From Octopus vulgaris (Eukaryota), in assembly GCA_951406725.2 (NCBI GenBank), contig OX597839.1, forward strand, positions 16,368,001-16,432,000: a stretch of 64,000 nucleotides of DNA, written 5' to 3'. A model generated the notes under the pieces. That model worked only from the letters and a program-made list of their open reading frames with translations. It was not told the DNA's origin and searched no databases. The translations under genes were made by a program, and so were the position numbers. This document shows, piece by piece, positions 50,543 through 63,084 of the stretch (position 1 is its first letter; each line of letters starts with the position of its first letter).

Positions 50543-50758
50543 GTTAAAGACTACAAACGTCAAGGCAAGGCAAACACGTCAAGTCATATGCATTATTACT
50601 ATTGGAAAAAAATTCAAAATCTTACAGCTGTTTCTGGGATATCCCAGAGTATGGAATATCCCAGAAACAGCTGTAAAATTTTGAATTTTTTTCCAATAAT
50701 AATAATGCATATGACTTGACGTGTTTGCCTTGCCTTAACGTTTGTTGTCCTCTTTAAC
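50543..50758. repeat. Foldback inverted repeat (arms about 100 bp) whose arms start with a hammerhead 3' half
   Basis: Arms 50543-50642 and 50656-50758. Each outward-reading arm begins atatccca GAAA cagctg TA. Followed by (TA)n. Confidence 0.9.
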
Positions 50759-50760
50759 TT

Positions 50761-50824
<64 letters not shown>

Positions 50825-51639
50825 TAGCTGGTGTATCCGATAATTCCCAGGGGTAGAGATGTTCTATGGAAATGCCTTATTACTCTGATATATAAGAAAG
50901 TAATTTCGTTATAACTCCCACAAGAGGTGTATTATCCGTCACGAAAAAGTAGAAAAAACTGTCAGCTGGAGGAAGGAGAGATTGTTAGAGTATGGCGAGA
51001 GAGGTTTTCGGGGGTTGGCGAGAAAGATTGTCGGGGGTTGGTGAGAGAGGTTGTCGGAGGTTGGCGAGAGGCAAAGACATTAGCAAAAGCATCTGGGAAA
51101 TGCTTTCTGGGAATAACTGCTGTCATTCACAGAAAAAAACTATTGTTTTACCTTGAGAAAAGCGCTGTTGAAGTGTTAAGTGAAATTTGGCATTCGAGGA
51201 TCGATTCCACGCTATGCTTGCATGAAGCCACTACAAATACGTTGTGGAATAAAAAAATTTATCTACTGTCATGGAGAAAGTATAACTGTAAAAATGAAGA
51301 ATTATCGGAGTAATGGGCATTCAAAAAGTATGTATAGAAATGTATGAATGAAGTCTTTAAGGTTTGTGTATGTTTGTGTGTGCGCGCACGCTCGCGCTCT
51401 CTCTTTATCTATTGTACGATTACTTCTTATGGAAAGCTAAAAATAATAAACAATTCTTAAGGCTGAGAAGGAGCATTGCTTAGTGGTCAAGAGCATTCGG
51501 TTTGGGATCGTGAATTCGATTCCTGGCGGTGTGTTGTGTCCTTGAGAAAGACACTTTATTTCACGTTTATTCTGTCCACTCAACCGGTAAGAAAATGGGT
51601 AGTGCCTGTATTTCAAAGCAGCGAGTGTATAGTAGTACC

Positions 51640-51800
51640 TTCATCTCGTTAATCAGAGAGGGAGGAACACATTATGCAGGACCTTGCTGGGAAAGCAAGG
51701 ATGAAATATCCAGATTTTCCTTCTCTGGAAACCCATGCATGCACATAAATGTATCGACAGATCGACAAGAGCATATATTTATATGGTTGTGAAACAAGGA
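51640..51800 (+). mobile_element. RTE-like LINE 3' relic (second relic at about 52520-52760)
   Basis: HYAGPCWESKDEIS resembles the RTE C-terminal HAGHCWRSKDE motif. gcaaggatgaaatatcca is shared by both relics. Confidence 0.55.
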
Positions 51801-52180
51801 CGCTGGACAGTGAGAAAACAAGGAAAAACGTGGGAAAAGCGTGAAGAAGGTTGGTGCAAAAAATGGAATGAGAAAAAAAAACGAAATCAAGAAAACTCGG
51901 ATCCTCGTTCTCCCTGATTGTAGAAAGCACGTGAAATACAACTGTTATAGAACAAAATAACAGAAAATATATCAAAGTCTGCGAGACAGCAATTCAATCC
52001 GGAGTGGATAAAAAGAAACATGTCCACGTGTTTACACCTGCTAAAATTTCAGATCTGGAATTAAGCAGTGTGTTGGAATTGCTAGATCTAAGGAGAATAT
52101 GAGACCTTTCTGCTACACATAAGCTGCATTTCTTAGCTCCATTAATATATGGCTTGGGTTTCTCCACTATTCTCCACTTA

Positions 52181-52232
<52 letters not shown>

Positions 52233-52236
<4 letters not shown>

Positions 52237-52435
52237 GGGGGTGCTGAAAAGTTCCTGAAAAACACAGGAGGATTAGTTCAATATGATTTTATTCAACATA
52301 TTCCCCTTCTCAGATTCACACACTTATTGCAGGACTTCAGTTTTTTTCTGAGCCCTGTAAAAGAACTCGGAAGGTTAGGCCTCCAATCAGGCCTTTCGCG
52401 ATACCCTTAAAGCCAAGAACTTTTCAGCAATCCCA
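52233..52435 (-). mobile_element. Mariner-derived MITE (same family as 12547-12764)
   Basis: ta-cgaggggggtgctgaaaagttcc TIR. The internal sequence is the reverse complement of the 12547-12764 copy. Confidence 0.8.
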
Positions 52436-52938
52436 CAAACACGAGAATGCTTCGAGCAGTTCTCAAATTTTTCTTGGCAGTAACACCATACAAAGCAGCG
52501 ACCGCATGGCAGTCTTCCTGCTGATATCTCGGTAATCATAGAAACAAGAACACGTTGAGTAGAACCCTGCTGGGGAAGCAAGGATGAAATATCCAATGAA
52601 CTCATTCTCCTGTACACAGCGGTATTGACAGATCAACAAGAACATATATCGATCACCTTGTGAAAGATACTTCATTGAGGATATGAAGATCGGGATATCT
52701 GGCGTGGAAGAATTGTATTGGTCCTGGCAAGTCGCCCAACTGGATAATGTTTTATCTTGAAGCGTTATCTTTTTTTTAATGTGCCATTTGTTAGCCGTCA
52801 TCATAGAATACATCAAAATAACTTGGATGGTGGCGGCGGTGGTGGTAAGGGGCAGAGAAAACCTCAGGGGAATATTTGTATATAAATGATCACAAATACG
52901 ATAAATTCTGAAATGAAAAAACAAAAATAGAACATTCA

Positions 52939-53350
52939 GGATCTTTTCGGTTTGAACGGCAGTTTTTTAAAATAATTTCCACGTAACTAAACACTTTTAA
53001 ACTTCGTATACTGGTAGAATGTGTTTATAAAACATCTTTTTCTCTTGGCTTTATTGAGAAAATTCTATAGTTTGTAAGATATTTGTTGTTGTTTTTTCTT
53101 CAATTTCTGCAATTTCAACCAATCAATGACGTCTATTTGAGGGGAAAACATTCTGTGCCATATTAATATGTCCCTCGTTTAAGAAACAGATTGGGTTTAT
53201 TTACATTTCTGAAGAAAAAAAGATACCCTTCCCCCATCCCTAACCCTAAAACAGATTGAAATGCAATAGATCGATACTAGGATCATAATTATGGGTGACA
53301 ATTTCATATGACACCGCTAGAAAAAACTGCCGTTCAAACCGAAAAGATCC
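52939..53350. mobile_element. Intact MULE-type MITE (412 bp)
   Basis: About 30-bp perfect TIRs ggatcttttcggtttgaacggcagtttttt. 9-bp TSD gaacattca at 52930-52938 and 53351-53359. Confidence 0.93.
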
Positions 53351-53387
53351 GAACATTCAAAAGCGAGAATCTTAATCATCCTGTATG

Positions 53388-53673
53388 CAGGGCCAGATTT
53401 AGACCTAGTGGAGTTCACGGGCCAATAGGTCTTAGGTACCCCTACGAGTTTTTAAATATTTTTCAAAGAACTTTACTGGATTTTAAAAAATTAGTGCGTA
53501 AAAATAAATTACAAATCATTTATTTGATTGCTGTAAATATATATATTTTTTATTTTTTAATTCCAGGTTTTAGGCTTTTTTGAAATAAAGGGGTCCCCAA
53601 TTCTTAGTCCTCCCCCGAGCTTAGGGACTCATGGGCCATGTCCCATATTGGTCCATACATAAATCCGGCATTG
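53388..53673. mobile_element. Probable hAT MITE
   Basis: Termini cagggccagattta / taaatccggcattg. Flanks cctgtatg / tttgtacg (5 of 8 match). Confidence 0.55.
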
Positions 53674-54624
53674 TTTGTACGGTAACCATATTGACCAAAC
53701 CTTTCCTTAAACGAAACATATGTATATAAAGTGGCCTTTCTATTAGGTCAGCATACCCCACACTACATCACAATGTGCAGTGGTCTTGAACACGAAATCC
53801 CACGATTACAAAGCGGTCTTCTTAACCACGCAGCCATACCCTATCCCCTTTATCCTGTGTGATGTGTGGCCTGATCGAGCTGACTAATGATCAAAGACGT
53901 TCCATCGGTGACCATACCACCCTATTCTTAGGCACAGTGCTGTCAGTACTACACGATCCAAAGTATCTGCTTTGTCAAAAGACGGCAGAATCGAACATGA
54001 GGAAGATTTGGCTCCTATTTCTAGCAGGTTGTTTGTGGGAGGGATTTCTTTTGTTTAGGTTGCCATGTATGTTTGATCTGGGGTTAGTGATTGTTATCAT
54101 TGTTTACTTTAACCCCAGGTCCACCCTGATTAAGTAGACCAATGAGGACCAAAGGAATTCAAGCCATGCCCGTCCAGTCTGTTTATAAGCATTTAATGCA
54201 GGCAATGTCCGTTTTGAAAGCGGTATGGAACAATATGATGGAATTTAGCCGTGACTTTTAAGCATGTAGAGCAAACGCATAAAAGCTCCCGTGTGATCTT
54301 AAGTATCTGTCATGAGTTTGGAGAGAGAAGTATGTGTGTGTACACGCGTGTGTGTATGTGTGTATGTCTGTGTGTGCACGTGATGTTTAAGTTGTTGATA
54401 TTTTTTCTTTTGTGTGTGTGTGTGTTATGGAGAGGCTCAAACTAGTAAACCTTGATGAACTGAGACAAAATTTCAGTTGATTTCTTTGTAGCTATCTTCC
54501 TGTTTTTTATACTTTTCTAAAATAGACTTTAAACGATTGTAGAGTGAGTTTATGTCGACTGAGTACGTGTTTAATAATTTCTAATTACTTACGTTTTCCA
54601 GTTCATTATATATATTGAATTTAA

Positions 54625-54830
54625 GGCGGAGAGCTGGCAGAATCGTTAGCACGCCGGGCGAAATGCTGAGCAGTATTTCGTCTGCCGTTACGTTCTGAAT
54701 TCAAATTCCACTGAGGTCGACTTTGCCTTTCATCCTTTCGGATTAAACAAGAACCTGTTACGCACTGGGGTCGATGTAATCCACTTAATCCCCTCCCCGA
54801 AGCTGTCTTTGTGGCAAAAATTTGAAATCA
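54625..54830 (+). mobile_element. Family B SINE
   Basis: ggcggagagctggcagaatcgttagcacgccgggcg...gaggtcgactttgcc. Confidence 0.8.
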
Positions 54831-54858
54831 TTATATATATTGAAATTATGACACCCAG

Positions 54859-54910
<52 letters not shown>

Positions 54911-54912
<2 letters not shown>

Positions 54913-55170
54913 GAGAAAGAAGCAACAAGAATGGATTAGTTTTTAGTACAATTGTTTCATACAAAGACAGACTTTATTATAAGTTGCAAAAATTGCAGCA
55001 GATAAAAGTATAACCTCACCCACTAAGATGTTTGGAGAACTCACATGTATTTTAGCTGATGAGTACGGGACACTTTTATCTGCTGCAATTTTTGCAACTT
55101 GTAATAAAGTCTGTCTTTGTATGAAACAATTGTACTAAAAACTAATCCATTCTTGTTGCTTCTTTCTCGT
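54911..55170. repeat. Foldback inverted repeat, 99-bp arms (one mismatch seen), 62-nt spacer
   Basis: Arms 54911-55009 and 55072-55170, preceded by (TA)n. Confidence 0.92.
55050..55140 (+). ncRNA. Type-I hammerhead ribozyme, intact core, long stem II
   Basis: ttttag CTGATGA gtacgggac[...]gtctttgtat GAAA caattg TA ctaaaa. 6-bp stem I, palindromic stem III acaattgt, GUA triplet. Confidence 0.85.
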
Positions 55171-55290
55171 TTATAATCACCCCACATTACTGTATGGTTA
55201 ACACCATATTGTTTTTCTGGTGCATCTAAGTTAAGTACCACATTCAAGTAAATTCATTGGAATTGACTTGAATCTTAATTGCTTTGATTG

Positions 55291-55345
<55 letters not shown>

Positions 55346-55358
55346 TTTATTTTAAAAA

Positions 55359-55396
55359 CTGTCTGATGAACGGCAACGAGAAACTCAGAGTAACAG
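55359..55396 (+). ncRNA. Compact type-I hammerhead motif in a short element between two (TA)n tracts
   Basis: ctgt CTGATGA acggcaacga GAAA ctcagag TA acag. Stem II is reduced to cg-gcaa-cg with an A.A closing mismatch. Confidence 0.65.
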
Positions 55397-55498
55397 ATTT
55401 TGTTGAATTTTCTGCTGCTTAAAATAAAGCATATTACTCTACCACTGGTATTTGAGTACTCTTTTTTCCGCCTTGTTTCACATTTATGTGTTTACTCC

Positions 55499-55559
<61 letters not shown>

Positions 55560-55644
55560 ATACTTTCCCCCACTGCTGAGGCGATTGTTTTCCGCCCTCT
55601 CTATTTTATATTGTTTTGAAATTATTATAAATCTGTACAGTTTG

Positions 55645-55968
55645 CGGATCCCCCTTTGGTCACGAACGACCATGGGATTGCATCTAGAAAGTTCTTCGCC
55701 GAGGCACCAGTCCGAACAAGGTTGTTTGCAGGAGAACACCAGTCGCCCATGCATGCCAGCCTCCCCTCTCCACGCCACTAATGTTGTCCAACGACCGATA
55801 CGGCTTGGCACCAATGACGTCGCAACTCATTTCTATATATGAGGGAACAGGAACAACGTGAAATAAAGTGTCTTGCTCAAGAACACAACTCAGAGCCCGG
55901 TCCGGGAATCCAGTTCATAAACTCGCTATTGTAAGCCCGACGCTCTAACCACTGAACCGTACGTCTCC
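55645..55968 (-). mobile_element. Family C SINE variant (as at 5272-5605)
   Basis: Reverse-complement similarity: gaccatgggattgcatctagaaagtt...gcatgccagcctcccctctccacgcca...gtgaaataaagtgtcttgctcaagaacacaac. Confidence 0.75.
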
Positions 55969-56471
55969 ATATATATACATCACCATGATCACCGTGACCG
56001 ACCAGGCTATCAGGTTTTTGCTACACATTGCTGGTCACAATGCGCTTTGCATTGTTTTAGCCTTCAAATGACGTCACCCCGCTGGCTAAGCGAGCAGGCT
56101 AACAGAAGAAAGAGTGAGAGAAAGTTGTGGCGAAAGAGTACAGCAGGGATCGCCACCACCCCCTGCCAGAGCCTCGTGGAGCTTTAGGTGTTTTCGCTCA
56201 ATAAACACTCACAACGCCCGGTCTGGGAATCGAAACCGCGAGTCTGCTGCCCTAACCACTGGGGCCATTGCGCCTCCACATATATATGTGTGTGTGTATA
56301 TATATACATACATACATAAATACATGCACACACATGAATGCACGCATGCACATACACACAGACAGTCACACACAAGCAAATCGAAAATAAAAATAGAAAC
56401 AAAACAACGGAAGAACGCAAACAGCAAATGTATTGGTGTGACGCTCTGTTGAAGATGGAAAAGTGTGATGT

Positions 56472-56506
56472 GTGTAACGTTTCGAGCATGGCTCTTCGTC
56501 AGAAAG
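56472..56506 (-). ncRNA. Minimal hammerhead motif, canonical core
   Basis: Minus strand: cttt CTGACGA a gagc cat gctc GAAA c gt t acac. Stem I is imperfect. Confidence 0.6.
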
Positions 56507-57543
56507 AGGAAAGAGGAAAGCTCCGGAGGGAAGGAAAAGAACAGCCCAAGAAAAGAACGCGTGTGGTGACATGGCATGTATATATGTCCCTGAATACGGT
56601 TTATGAGAACGTTAGTAGTTCTATCCTGATGTGATGATATACGCAGCGGTAGCAGTGAATGCATGTGTGCGTGCGTGCGTTCATGTGTGGTGCCATAGTA
56701 TTGTTGCTCTTGATTATGATGATGATGATGTTGATGGTTGTAGTTCTATGTATTAAATGTTGCGTTGATTATTGGTGATGGTGATGGTGATGAAGATGAT
56801 TGATTGAGTCCTCCTCCTTCCATTACTATTACCGCTACTACTAATGCTTCCACTCCGCTTTTTGTTGGTACTAATTCTGCTACTGTTACACCCACACATA
56901 CACCTCTATTTATGTGTGGGTGTAAAATGAGAGAGAGAGGAGGGAGAGAGAGCGAGAGAGAGAGAGTGTGTGTGTGTGTGGTGTGAATGAAAAAGAGACA
57001 GGGGCTGAGAGAGAGAGTGGGTGAGTATATAAGAGAGAGAGAGAAAGAAAGAGAGAGAAAGAGTGAGTGAGTGAGAGGTGAAAGAGAGAGAGAGAGAAAG
57101 CGTGAGAAAGAAAGAGTAAGAGAGTGAGTGAGAGAGAGAGTGTGATTGAAATGAGAGAAAGTGAATGAGTGAGAGGGAGATAAGAGAGAGAGAGAGGGGG
57201 GTGAGTGAAACGAAAATAAAGAAATAGTGACAAATACAGAGATTGGCGATGTGATTTATACATTTTTGGATTGTATTTAAAACTGTCCGTGTATAAGCGA
57301 TAAGACGGGAAGAATGACCGTCGCAGGGAGGGAGAGGGGGAGAGAGAGAGAGAGGAGGGGGGATAGTAGGAGGTGATAAGGAGAAACATAGAGGGGGTGC
57401 GAGCTTTCCGTGTATTTGCATGTGTGCGCGCGTATGTGCACGGTTTGCATGTGTATGTGCAAATGCATGCGTGCGTCCGTGTGTGCATGTGCTCGGCGTC
57501 GGCTCTGAGGAGAGCATATGGTTGTTCCTTCGCTTAATTCCAG

Positions 57544-57732
57544 CATCATCCTCACGCGAGTATTAGATCCTCATCAGTAAACAGCAACAACAAGAACATC
57601 CCTCATCATCATCATCATCATCATCATCACCATCATCAACAACAACAACCACCACCACCACTACTACTACTACTAACTACTTCTACATTAAGCACAGCAC
57701 TAATTCGAAGAAGCAGCAAGATGGAAGAAGAG
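57544..57732 (+). CDS. Candidate host-gene exon: either a 63-codon His/Gln/Pro-rich internal exon, or a 5' exon with coding start ATG at 57721 (MEEE)
   Basis: Acceptor-like ttccttcgcttaattccAG, donor gag|GTAAGC, 189 bp open in phase 0, strong Kozak context aagATGg. No homology recognised. Confidence 0.35.
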
Positions 57733-59455
57733 GTAAGCAAAGCAGCTTTATGTGCGCTATTTTCATTGAATGAAACGAAATCGTTCGACCGAAACAACGA
57801 ACTGCTAATAACACCGTTGTAAGCATTTAGGGGCAAACATCGATGACGGTGTTAATAAAGCTTTTGCAAAGGCATGTCGTCCCTAATTCTCTTTCGGTAA
57901 CCTAAATCTCCCTGGAAACAACTTATTTAACCCCCAGCCAACGAGTAAAGATACAATCATAGACATTTCAACTGTGACAGTCGGTCGTCTGTTTGTTTTC
58001 ATCCGTAACACTTCGAGGGAACTACATTCTCTAAATTGCCCTGTGCTTTATATTATAATTGTGATATCTACGTTCCGAGTTCAATACCCGCCGAGGTCGA
58101 CTTTTGTCTTTCATTCTTTCGGGATCGACAAAATAAGTGGCAGTTAAGCACTGCTAATAGGTGTAATCGAACAGCCTCTTCCCACAACATTTCAGACCTT
58201 TCACCTGTAGCAGAAAGGACTATTATAATTATTTTAGACAAAAAGATGTAATACCAAATAGAATTAGTTGATGTTTCTAGATAGTCGGCTGCTGCGTAGA
58301 GCCTCACTTCTTCTTTGCCTTACAATCCCTTGTGGTTGTTGTTCGGCCGTGGTTCAGACCTGATCTAACAGGTATAAATCGCCAAATTCCAAAATATTCC
58401 ATAAATATCATGCCATTTTTTTTTTTTTTTTTTTTGTATGTATGACTATATTATCTGTTACATCTTTTCCTTGCTTAAGATGCAAAGGTATGAACGTGAG
58501 GCAGATCTAGCTGCTGCTTCAAACGATTCGGCCCACCACAAAGAGGTCCCATTGTTGAGTTGCTGCTGCTGCTGCTGCGGCGGGGCAGCGTCCTCTCCCA
58601 CCTGGATCGGACAGACTTAACGTCGTTTAATCGTATATTTAATAAATACTATAGACATACACTACCTGATCCACCGGAGGAGCATACACATACATACATA
58701 CATACATGTATACATACATACATACATACATACATATACATACATATATATATATATATACACACACACGCCGATCTTTCGGTATTAGTAGACGACGTCA
58801 TTCACTCTCTCGTTTTCGGCCTAGCCTCTTTATGTCACGAAGGAGCGGTGTGTGGGCGAATGACGTCCTTTTACTAATTCCAAAAGATTCCTATATATGT
58901 ATATAAATAACTGTATGTATGTATATATGTATGTATGTATGTATGCATGTATGTATGTACGTATGCCTGTGGACTGTCAGCCTGCTAGAAATCACAGTCA
59001 AATCTCAAATCACACATTATTTTAGACAAGCGAAAGAACACATGTGATAACAGTAGTCCTCCATGTATTGTGGTCGAAAAATAGACAGACGAGATGGTCA
59101 CCGCTGAAGTGTCTTTGACCCTTGGTCTACTAGTTCAAGGCTGAAATGACTTAAATAAGAACAATAGCATGCACACACACACACACACACATACATACAT
59201 ACGTACGTACATACATACACACATACGTACATACATAGATGTGGTGCACCTGAGCACTGTATACAACAATTCCATTATTATACATACATGCATACATACA
59301 TACATGCGTAAAGATGGAGAATATATTTATGAATTTTTGCAATATCTTCATTATATTTTCATATTTCTCTTTGTTTTATCAGTACTTTGTATGTATGTAT
59401 GTATGTACGTCATGCATGTGTGTGCGTGCGCGTGTCTGTATATATATATATATGT

Positions 59456-59487
<32 letters not shown>

Positions 59488-61765
59488 TTCTCCAAACACA
59501 CGCATGCACGCACACACTTTGTGAGACTGGAGGAGAGTACGAAGCTCATGACCGATGTAGGCCATCTGAGAATATATACATTGCACGTGTATGTGTGGGA
59601 GAGTGACAGAGAGAGGGAGAGACAGACAGACAAAAATTTGCTTAATAATCAAGAAACTACATCTGTTTCTCAAGGGTCTAGAAATCTTTCGCAAAACAGT
59701 TGTCAAACTTAAGGTCCTTGAGTCACGGATGTAAATTCTCGGCAATTAATGGACTAAAGTTTTCTGTGTATCGGATTGAGTTATATAGCTTCCGTTTGTA
59801 TAACTTATCACATACATGCATGCATGCATACATACAAACACACGTATGTATGTTTGTATGCAGGCATACAATACATGAATGCATGTATGTCTATATATAC
59901 ATGCATGCATATATGAATGTAGGTATGCATGTATATATGTATATATATACACAAACATACATGCATATATACATATATATATGTGTATGTATATATATAT
60001 ATATGACACATTTTATATACATCGTATATTATATACATCGCGTGTATCTAATATATATAGTATACAATATATATATATCTTGTAGTATTTTTAGATGGTT
60101 GTGTAATTGTGTATCCGTCATGTCAGCTCTGATCCAGCTGACCTATTATCACAGACTTTCCAACCGTGGCTGTCCCTTATTGCCTCTTTTATTCAGATAT
60201 AGTATATTTAGAGCTGTAGTCTTCACTCTTCTAATATTTTCAGCCAAAAAAGTAGAGTATCATTTTGATGGCTTAGTTTGGCCACTAGAGACACAACCTA
60301 CCATTCGTCTCCAGTGTTGTTAAGGTCAAGGTCAGTCGTGATCCAGCAAATCTTATGACTAAGTTCGTCCTCACGTCCCTTACCCAAAGCAGCTTGTCTT
60401 TCACTTTTTTCTCATTATCTCCTCAATATCTAATAACCTCGTTATCTCGCTGTGGTTTCTTATTCTTTTGCTTACAACCCAAGAGACAGTAACAACACGT
60501 TTTCTAAATCTACTTTATTGCCAGACGAAGGGCAAAGAGCCGAAACGTTACATTGTATTCTTGCCACTGTAGTTGAATTTTGCTAACATTCTCCTTCTTG
60601 TATTAAACCATGTGTCCTTACTGGTTTTTTTTTAAAGGAATTAAACTGTTAAAACGTGTGATTTGAAAGGGAATTCGAGTGATTTTGAGCAATTGTCTCA
60701 CCACGTTGAATGAGTCACCACCGTCAATTCACGGTTATGTATGCATGTGTGTATGTGTGCATGTATGTGCGATGCATGCTGTATGTACGTGTGTATGCAT
60801 GCATGCGTGTATGCATGTGTATACATGGATACCTGTTTGCATGTATGTATGAATGCAAGCAGACATGTATACATGCATGTATCTATATATATGCATGCAT
60901 CTGTGCATTCATGTGTGTATCTATGTATTGAGGGATGCATACATGAATATATGTATGCGTGTTTGTTGTATGTAATGAATGTATACAGGTGTGAGAGTAT
61001 GTATGTGTGTATGCATGCATTCATGTATGTACGTATGTGTGTATGTATGTATATATGTATGTGTATATGCATTCATTCATGTATGTATGTATGTTTGTAT
61101 GTATGTGTATATGCATGCATGTATGTATGTATGTATGTGTATATGTATGCATTCATGTATGTATGTATGTATGTATGTATGTATGTATGTATGTATGCAT
61201 GCATGCTTGCATGTATGTATGTACTGAGTGTGGAGATATAATTGTTTAGCCTTAAAGCAGTGTTGATCGACTTGACATATGACCAAATAAATTCCATCCC
61301 GCCTTATTTTCTATTTCTTCAGGCAGTGTATCAAGGAATATATTCTAATTTACCTACTTTCTTTTAAAGCATTAATGTATGCTTCAACTGCCATTTCTAG
61401 CAGATCGAACGGCCACGTTGAGGCTCCCTCATAGACCCGCATAAATATACCAGTCATACATTGAGTAGAATTTCACTGCCATTGACTCTTTCCGTATAAA
61501 ACGGCAATCTTTTACTGATGTAGGATGTATGTATACATCCCACAAAATATTTTTGTCATCGCTAGTTATATTTGTAATATATATATACACATACGTAATT
61601 TTGTCTTCGCCGTCAATAATTCATCCCCCCACACACACATACATAAGCACTACAGCAGGGGGTTTTCAGGCTGTCAGACTGGGATAAATTTATCCCAGGT
61701 GATATTTAGCCTTTCCAGCGGGGAAACTTGTTGATTCTAGAGTTCTTTACTTTTCTTCGTTTTTT

Positions 61766-62146
61766 TTATTTGTTTGTCATTTGACTGTGGCCATGCTGGG
61801 GCACCGCCTTAATGGGTTTTAGTCGAATAAATCGACCCCCAGGACTTATTCTTTGTAAGCCTAGTACTTCTTCTATCGGTCTCTTTTGCCGAGCTGCTAA
61901 GTTACAGGGACGTAGACACACCAACATCGGTTTGTCAAGCGATGGTGGCGGAGACAAACACAGATACAAAGACACACACACGCACACATATATACGACGG
62001 GCTTCTTTCAGTTTCCGTCTGCCAAATCCACTCACAAGGCTTTGGTCGGCCCGAGGCTATAGTAGAAGACGCCCAATGTGCCACGCAGTGGGACTGAAAC
62101 CAGAACCGTGTGGTTGGGAAGCAAGCCTCTTACACAGCCACGCCTA
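61766..62146 (-). mobile_element. Family A SINE, full length
   Basis: Reverse complement of the 771-1150 pattern. Confidence 0.85.
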
Positions 62147-62574
62147 CGCCTTTTCTTTTTCTTTCTTTTAATTAATTTATTGCTAATAATTAATTTTTCA
62201 GTTATATATTTTTGAAATCTCAGTTTGAAGAGAAAATTTTAAGCAGACCTCTTTCTTTCTTTCTTTCATTCATTTCTTTTTTTGGAGGGAAAAATACATT
62301 TTTCTTTCTCTTTCTCTCATTTGAGATTTAACGATTTTTATAGCATGTTTCGTACTGTGTTGCTTAATGGGAACAGTCTAATTTATGAACTTCCTAATGA
62401 AAAGACAGAAGTAGCAATCAGTCAGAACGTGTTTAGCTTTAATAACCTGTTCATCATTTGTTCACAAATTCATGAAATAACATTGTTACGTGCTGTTGTT
62501 GTTGTTACTACTACTACTACTACTACTACTACCACTACTACTACTACTGCTACTACTACTACATTAAAGTGGCG

Positions 62575-62880
62575 AGGTGACAGAATCTAGAGCGTCGGAC
62601 AAAATGAGTAACGGTATTTCGTCTGTAAGGCGGCGAGCTGGCAGAAACGTTAGCATGCCGGACGAAATGCGTAGCAGTATTTCGTCTGCCGTTACGTTCT
62701 GAGTTCAAATTCCGCCGAGGTCGACTTTGCCTTTCATCCTTTCGGGGTCGATAAATTAAGTACCAGTTACGCACTGGGGTCGATGTAATCGACTTAATCC
62801 GTTTGTCTGTCCTTTTTCGTCCCCTCTGTGTTTGGCCCCTTGTGGGTAGTAAAGAAATATGTATTTCGTCCGTCTTTACG
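62575..62880 (+). mobile_element. Family B SINE (full copy from 62628, with a duplicated head)
   Basis: ggcggcgagctggcagaaacgttagc...gagttcaaattccgccgaggtcgactttgcctttcatcctttcggggtcgataaattaagtaccag. Confidence 0.88.
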
Positions 62881-62957
62881 TTCAACAAACAACAATAATA
62901 ATAATAACATCGAAAAAATACCTTAAGAGTGAGAACCCAGGTTCGAAATTTCCCCAA

Positions 62958-63003
62958 GACACCTGATGAAGGCTGGAGGGTATATCAGCCGAAACGTTGT
63001 GTT
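62958..63003 (+). ncRNA. Minimal type-I hammerhead ribozyme
   Basis: gacac CTGATGA a ggctg gagggtatat cagcc GAAA c gt t gtgtt. Stem I gacac/gtgtt, stem II ggctg/cagcc, loopless stem III, GUU triplet. Confidence 0.75.
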
Positions 63004-63084
63004 AACAACAAACAAGATGAGGACAAATATCCGTCGAATGCAAATAATGTACATAACTCCTCATCTCTTAAATATAGAACTGAA

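Noticed and set aside
50824-51440. Possible third Helitron (minus-strand CTAG|T end at 50824)
   Set aside because: Weak hairpin and no identifiable 5' TC terminus.
60518-60556. Hammerhead-like cagacga-ag-ggc-aaaga-gcc-gaaacgtt
   Set aside because: Core mutated (CAGACGA) and stem I mismatched; counted only as a degenerate relic and not annotated as a feature.
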